Shown: one piece after another, positions 27,536 to 32,000 of the stretch
Numbering within the stretch: position 1 is the first letter of the stretch
Layout of the letters: each line of letters begins with the position of its first letter
NCBI GenBank assembly: GCA_030614005.1
Contig: JAUWKS010000004.1
Span: forward strand, 30,001 to 62,000
Length of the DNA: 32,000 bases
Reading direction: 5' to 3'
Source of the DNA: Candidatus Heimdallarchaeota archaeon
GTDB lineage: Archaea > Asgardarchaeota > Heimdallarchaeia > JABLTI01
Translations under genes and position numbers: made by a program
The notes under the pieces: generated by a model
Databases searched by the model: none
What the model was told of the DNA's origin: nothing
The model's input: only the letters and a program-made list of their open reading frames with translations

Positions 27536-29890
27536 ATGTCAACACCAGCTACCACACCATTTCTTGAAAGAATTGGTTTAAGTGAAATAGAACAAAAGGT
27601 GTATCTCGCATTACTTGCTTTGGGCCCCCTATCTGTAGGGGAGATTTCTAAGTATTCCCAAGTTAAACCCATCTCAAAAGTAAGAACCACTCTTGAAGTA
27701 TTATATGGAAAGAATTATGCCTATAATATTGAAGGGTTGGTAGATAAAACAATTGGTCTTTATCCTTTTAGAGAAATAGCTGAAGAAGCAGGAAAAGATG
27801 CACAAAAGATTGATCAGCTTGTAACTGAATTGAAAGAGTATGTTGCAAATCAAATCAGGCATTTTGATCAAGTTATGAAAGATACTGAAGAATTTGTTCA
27901 TTCTGAGAAGAAGAAAAATAGTGATATTGTTTCTCTCAATAGCAAAGAAAGCAAAACCGCTGTTGAAAGTAAAACACTTGAAGCAACAGAAGTTGTTACA
28001 CAAACAGTTGCTTCAACTAAGAAAGCAATCAATTCAGCAACAAACAAGTTCTTGACCAAACAAACTGAAACAGTTGAAGCTTTTGAAGGGAATGTAAATG
28101 AAAATCTAGATACTTTTTCAACTAATGTAAAGTCAAATTCCCAAACCGCTCTGGAAGAATTGAACTCAACTATAAAAGGAAGAAATGATGAATTCCTTAC
28201 AGAGGGAACAAATGCTATTGCAACAGCATCAAAGACCATCACCAATGAGGTTGGAAAGCTTGGCAATACATTGAAAAATGACTCTAAAGAAAAATTAGAA
28301 GCTACTAGAGATCATGTCTTATCCGGTTTGACAACTTTTGTAAATGAAACAGAAGGCAATGTTACAATTCTAAATGAAGCAATAACTACAGAAACAAATG
28401 AGCAAGGAACTTTCTTAAAGGAAACAGCAGAAGAAGCCAAGAAAAATAGAATTGATTTGAATAACCAATTCAAAGAAGGTCTTGATGCCAATTTTGGTCA
28501 AGTGAAAGAGCATTTTGCTTCTGATATGAATGATTTTGAGGGAAAATTCAATAAACAATTGACGAAGATTTCTGAAAAATATAAAAAACAAATTGACGAT
28601 TTGAATGCTAACACAAGTCAAGAAATTGCTGCATTAATAGAAAATGCTAATGCCTCAGTTGCTGAATTAGTAACAAAACACAATGAAGAAATCGCTGCCA
28701 ATGTGGATATCGATAATAAAGCAGTCGAAGATGGCACTGCACTAATGATTGCAAAGGTTGAAAAACAAAATGCAAAAACTTTGGAAGCAACAAGTTCTAC
28801 AATAGATACCTTAAATTCAAGCGTTGTTTTATTGAAATCTAATTATTCAGCAGATATCAATGTCAAAGTTGATGAAACAGTTACAGGAATGCATACAACC
28901 ATTGATAGCTCTGTAGATGCTTCAAAAACTCAATTCAATGTAACAAAGAATAATGTTACAGAGAAATTAACCACTCTAACAACAAGCAACTCTGATACCG
29001 CAGCTACTGCAACAACACAGATGACAGCAGACATTGCATCTATGGCAAATACTACTGTTGCTGGCACTAAAGAAAAGCTCGCTGAGACCAAGGAGTCATT
29101 CATGAATGATACCAAGAAAACGAAGCAAAAAGTTGCTAGAGATAGCACTACCAGTGTTGAAACTATTGGAAGCACAACCACCACGGTAATAAGTGAAGTA
29201 AATACTACAGCAACGACCAGTATCAGGAACAATGAAGAAACTACCTTGAAAGCAATTACAACAATAACAGATGTAGTTGAATCATCAGTTAGAAAAGAGA
29301 TAGAAGCTGTAAAAGGTGGATTCAATGATTATTATAAGAGATTCTCAAAAGATTCATTGAAGATTTCTCAATTATTGATGGAATTCAAGAGTCAAAATGA
29401 AGCGTTCCAAACTACAGTTGCAACCTATCCAAGACCAAAAATAGAGACAGCAATTCTTTACAGTAAAGAGGCAATTTTTGATAGATTGGATGATATGCTC
29501 ACTAAGAGAATAAAATCCAATGTAACAATGGTTATACCTGATCCCACAGATATTCCAACAAAGACTTTAGGAAAGATCAAAGCACAAGCTAAACTGACCA
29601 TCATATCAAAAATTGATGAAGTCAGCAACAAGAATATCATAGATGAAATCAAAGCATCTGATGCACTTGGTAGAGCGAAAATAAGAAAGATTGGGAATCA
29701 AGATATGCAAGGTTATGCTGAATACATCGCTTTTGATAGAGATGGAGGAGAAGAAATGCTCATTGCTTTCAAAGATGAAACAGAAAAGGATTGGGTTGGT
29801 ATTCTCTCCACTTCAGATGGATTCAAGAATGTCGTTATTGGTGAAACTCTAGGTCGACAAGCACTCTCAATCTCTCGAGAGCTAAAATAA
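27536..29890 (+). CDS. TrmB-like wHTH protein with a ~550-aa helical/coiled-coil spacer and TrmB-like C-terminal domain
   Basis: N-terminal LERIGLSEIEQKVYLALLALGPLSVGEISK is TrmB-HTH-like; the central region is almost Pro-free and T/E/N/K/A-rich; C-terminal alpha/beta domain from about aa 636. Confidence 0.7.
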   Translation: MSTPATTPFLERIGLSEIEQKVYLALLALGPLSVGEISKYSQVKPISKVRTTLEVLYGKNYAYNIEGLVDKTIGLYPFREIAEEAGKDAQKIDQLVTELKEYVANQIRHFDQVMKDTEEFVHSEKKKNSDIVSLNSKESKTAVESKTLEATEVVTQTVASTKKAINSATNKFLTKQTETVEAFEGNVNENLDTFSTNVKSNSQTALEELNSTIKGRNDEFLTEGTNAIATASKTITNEVGKLGNTLKNDSKEKLEATRDHVLSGLTTFVNETEGNVTILNEAITTETNEQGTFLKETAEEAKKNRIDLNNQFKEGLDANFGQVKEHFASDMNDFEGKFNKQLTKISEKYKKQIDDLNANTSQEIAALIENANASVAELVTKHNEEIAANVDIDNKAVEDGTALMIAKVEKQNAKTLEATSSTIDTLNSSVVLLKSNYSADINVKVDETVTGMHTTIDSSVDASKTQFNVTKNNVTEKLTTLTTSNSDTAATATTQMTADIASMANTTVAGTKEKLAETKESFMNDTKKTKQKVARDSTTSVETIGSTTTTVISEVNTTATTSIRNNEETTLKAITTITDVVESSVRKEIEAVKGGFNDYYKRFSKDSLKISQLLMEFKSQNEAFQTTVATYPRPKIETAILYSKEAIFDRLDDMLTKRIKSNVTMVIPDPTDIPTKTLGKIKAQAKLTIISKIDEVSNKNIIDEIKASDALGRAKIRKIGNQDMQGYAEYIAFDRDGGEEMLIAFKDETEKDWVGILSTSDGFKNVVIGETLGRQALSISRELK

Positions 29891-29908
29891 TCCTGAATCA
29901 GGATAAAC

Positions 29909-29950
29909 ATGGGAACCTCTTAAGAGGGCCCATTATCTACTTTTTTTCTA
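29909..29950 (+). terminator. Hairpin plus T tract after the TrmB-like gene
   Basis: ATGGG-AA-CCTC-TTAA-GAGG-G-CCCAT (29909-29933) followed by TTTTTTT. Confidence 0.5.
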
Positions 29951-30055
29951 TTTGTAGGTTAGTGTATAAGGGAAATGAGTTCTCAACAATGGGTAGTGAA
30001 ATAAAAAATTGAGTATGCACAAATATCTTTTTAAGAAAAGAATTTAAACTTCACA

Positions 30056-30071
30056 TACTCAAATTTGAGTA
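30056..30071. promoter_or_regulatory. Perfect 16-bp palindrome, candidate RbkR operator
   Basis: TACTCAAATTTGAGTA lies about 8 bp downstream of a BRE/TATA-like AAAAGAATTTAAA (30036-30048) and 44 bp upstream of the ATG. Confidence 0.6.
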
Positions 30072-30114
30072 ATAGTATCATTAACCTAAAGCAGGAATGA
30101 AGGTAGGATAGTAA

Positions 30115-30858
30115 ATGGCAAAAATCTCACAAGAGAAGAAAAGCTTCTTTTTTGGTAGTAGTGTTGATTTTGATAGCAAACAATTAGCAGTTGTCCTAAA
30201 ATTAGGAATTTATGGAGCATTGAGTAATCCAATTGATATCACTAGCAGTGAATTAGGTAAATATTTAGGAGTGTCTCAGCAAACTGCTGCAAGATATCTT
30301 GTTGAGTTAGAGAAAAATCATCTCATTGAACGTTCACGGACCTCAAGAGGACAAGCAGTACATATCACTAAATTAGGAAAAGAGCTGTTAGAAAACCTCA
30401 GTATTATGATCACAAAGGCTCTTTACTCACAGAAACGCTCAACAACAATTTATGGTGTAATTGAAAATGGTTTAGGAGAAGGAGCATGGTATATTACCCA
30501 AGAGGAATATAAAAAACAATTCGAGGAAACATTGGGATTTGTTCCTTATCCTGGAACAATTAATTTGCGAATACTCAATGTTGATGATTTGAAAAAAATC
30601 GCTCAAATAAGACAATCTGAACCCTACATTATTCATGGGTTTGAAAAGAAAGGCAGATATTTTGGCGATGTTATGTGTTACAAATGTCGTTTCCAAGATG
30701 GAACAATGGGAGCAATCATAATTCCTAGTAGAACACATCACAACAAAGACATTCTCGAGGCTATTGCTCCAGTTTATATGCGTGAAAAATTGGCAGAAGA
30801 AGGAACTAAAGAGCTACCAGATGGTAAAACGCTTAAAATAGAAGTATTTCTACAATAA
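30115..30858 (+). CDS. ribK: CTP-dependent riboflavin kinase with N-terminal winged HTH (RbkR type)
   Basis: HTH ITSSELGKYLGVSQQTAARYLVELE; kinase motifs GLGEGAWY, LGFVPYPGTINL, P.RTHH..DILEAIAP.YMREKL. Confidence 0.93.
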   Translation: MAKISQEKKSFFFGSSVDFDSKQLAVVLKLGIYGALSNPIDITSSELGKYLGVSQQTAARYLVELEKNHLIERSRTSRGQAVHITKLGKELLENLSIMITKALYSQKRSTTIYGVIENGLGEGAWYITQEEYKKQFEETLGFVPYPGTINLRILNVDDLKKIAQIRQSEPYIIHGFEKKGRYFGDVMCYKCRFQDGTMGAIIIPSRTHHNKDILEAIAPVYMREKLAEEGTKELPDGKTLKIEVFLQ

Positions 30859-30894
30859 AAAAAGTAGAAATATTTATTCCTATTTTTTTAGTTA

Positions 30895-31392
30895 TTAATA
30901 CGTCAAATTAACAGCTTGTAAAGTTGCTTCAAAGAGTATTTTCACTATCTCTTGTTTTAATTGAATGCGTGTTTGTTTAGGATCTAACGTTAATTCCTTT
31001 GCGTAGGTTTTTTGGCCTGCAATAGCTACTGCAATAAAAGCAGTGCCTTTCAATTTATCTTCAATAGATTCACCAACCACTCCAGTAGTAGAAAGACCAA
31101 TATCAACGTCATAACTAAGTAAACCTTCCGCCATTAACTTGGCGCATTCTATTGATATTGAACCAAAATCGGGAATAATGTACGAAGGAAGTCCTAGAAA
31201 TTCTTCTTTTGCATCTGTAGAATAAGCAATTATGCTAAAGGGTAAGATTTCTGAGCAATCATCTAAATCAGTAAGAAGCGAGGTTGCTAAACCTCCAGTA
31301 CAGCTCTCTGCAATAGCAAGGGTCAATCCACGAGTAGTGAATTCACTAAGGATTTCTGAAGCCAACTCTTGTAAACGTTCTTCGAAAGACAA
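30895..31392 (-). CDS. pncC: CinA C-terminal-domain protein / NMN amidohydrolase (PncC)
   Basis: LTLAIAESCTGGL, AYS..AKEEFLG, GSISIECAKLMAEG, STTGV.G. TTG start. Confidence 0.88.
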   Translation of the reverse strand: MSFEERLQELASEILSEFTTRGLTLAIAESCTGGLATSLLTDLDDCSEILPFSIIAYSTDAKEEFLGLPSYIIPDFGSISIECAKLMAEGLLSYDVDIGLSTTGVVGESIEDKLKGTAFIAVAIAGQKTYAKELTLDPKQTRIQLKQEIVKILFEATLQAVNLTY

Positions 31393-31521
31393 AAATCTAC
31401 ACCAAGATAGTTTTTGTTCTTTCTCTTTCTAAATATTTCCTTTTTATCTGACTTATATCTTCATTGTCACAAATGTTAATGGTTAAATAAGATAAGACTC
31501 TATTAATAATCCGGGATGTTT

Positions 31522-32000
31522 ATGATTGATGCAAAAGAAGCTCGCACTGCTTTAATTGAAAGCAAAATAATAAAATCACAGAAAATTGTTCGATTAATCA
31601 TTTGGTTAACAGTTCCAGTATTAATTTTAACACTCGGACTTGCTTGGATTTTCTATGCTGAAAGTTACGAATTCATTTATGAGTTTATAAGCGCATTAGG
31701 CAATATCAGAAGTTTTGATCTAGATAATATTAACACAACTTCTAGGATAATAATGACCACGGGTTTTAGCCTATTGGCATTCTTGAATTTAGCAATAGCT
31801 ATTTTCTATTTCATTCGACCCGTTCTTCGATTTAACAAACTGAAAGGTTCCCTTTACATACTTGTTTCTGCTGGAGCAGCATTAATAGGAGTTCCTGGCG
31901 ATCATCCAACATTATCGCTCTTTCATGTTATTGGGGCATTCGTTTTTGTATTCAGTTTTGCCTTGGTGAACTTTGTTCAACAGTTACTGCGGTTTTCTCG
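31522..32000 (+). CDS. Polytopic membrane protein, DUF998/Frag1-DRAM-like (partial, runs off the window)
   Basis: Own translation from ATG 31522: MIDAKEAR...YEFISALG...GVPGDHPTLSLFHVIGAFVF..., open to the window end; ISALG and PxD....H..GA pattern with several TM helices. Confidence 0.65.
   Translation, partial: MIDAKEARTALIESKIIKSQKIVRLIIWLTVPVLILTLGLAWIFYAESYEFIYEFISALGNIRSFDLDNINTTSRIIMTTGFSLLAFLNLAIAIFYFIRPVLRFNKLKGSLYILVSAGAALIGVPGDHPTLSLFHVIGAFVFVFSFALVNFVQQLLRFS

Noticed and set aside
14024-31432. Remaining short overlapping ORFs (e.g. 14694-14981, 17846-18118, 18784-19020, 25546-25821, 27898-28266, 28930-29325, 31232-31432)
   Set aside because: They overlap well-supported genes on the other strand or frame, and their compositions mirror the real gene.

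Overview
AT-rich archaeal window, most likely from an Asgard archaeon. This is inferred from an archaeal RNA polymerase cluster plus eukaryote-signature proteins; the exact lineage cannot be fixed from sequence alone. Left: a minus-strand rpo2-rpo1N-rpo1C-rpl30e-nusA cluster lacking its usual neighbours (no rpo5/rpoH upstream, no rps12/rps7 downstream), followed by a structured intergenic region and a Hef/FANCM-type SF2 helicase homolog with degenerate ATPase motifs. Divergent from rpo2 is the most notable locus: a RagC/Gtr2-like small GTPase fused to a roadblock domain, directly followed by a longin/uDENN protein aligning with the NPRL2 (GATOR1) arginine-finger region. This looks like a minimal Rag switch-plus-GAP module. 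Middle, minus strand: an insertion-rich EF-1alpha outside the str operon, a tandem PadR regulator with an upstream palindrome, a TM-PCI-like-zinc-ribbon protein, a DapA-fold protein lacking the Schiff-base lysine, a FlaK/PibD peptidase with a large (F/L/I)xGx repeat insertion and an FAD oxidoreductase. Right: zinc-ribbon-PspC, a MacB/FtsX ABC permease and ATPase flanking an FG-GAP/TSP3-repeat surface protein, a 784-aa TrmB-like protein with a very long helical spacer, HTH-riboflavin kinase (RbkR) with a perfect 16-bp upstream palindrome, PncC/CinA and a truncated membrane protein. No rRNA, tRNA, CRISPR array or mobile element was recognised. All family calls come from motifs read by eye and reference sequences recalled from memory; no search was run.
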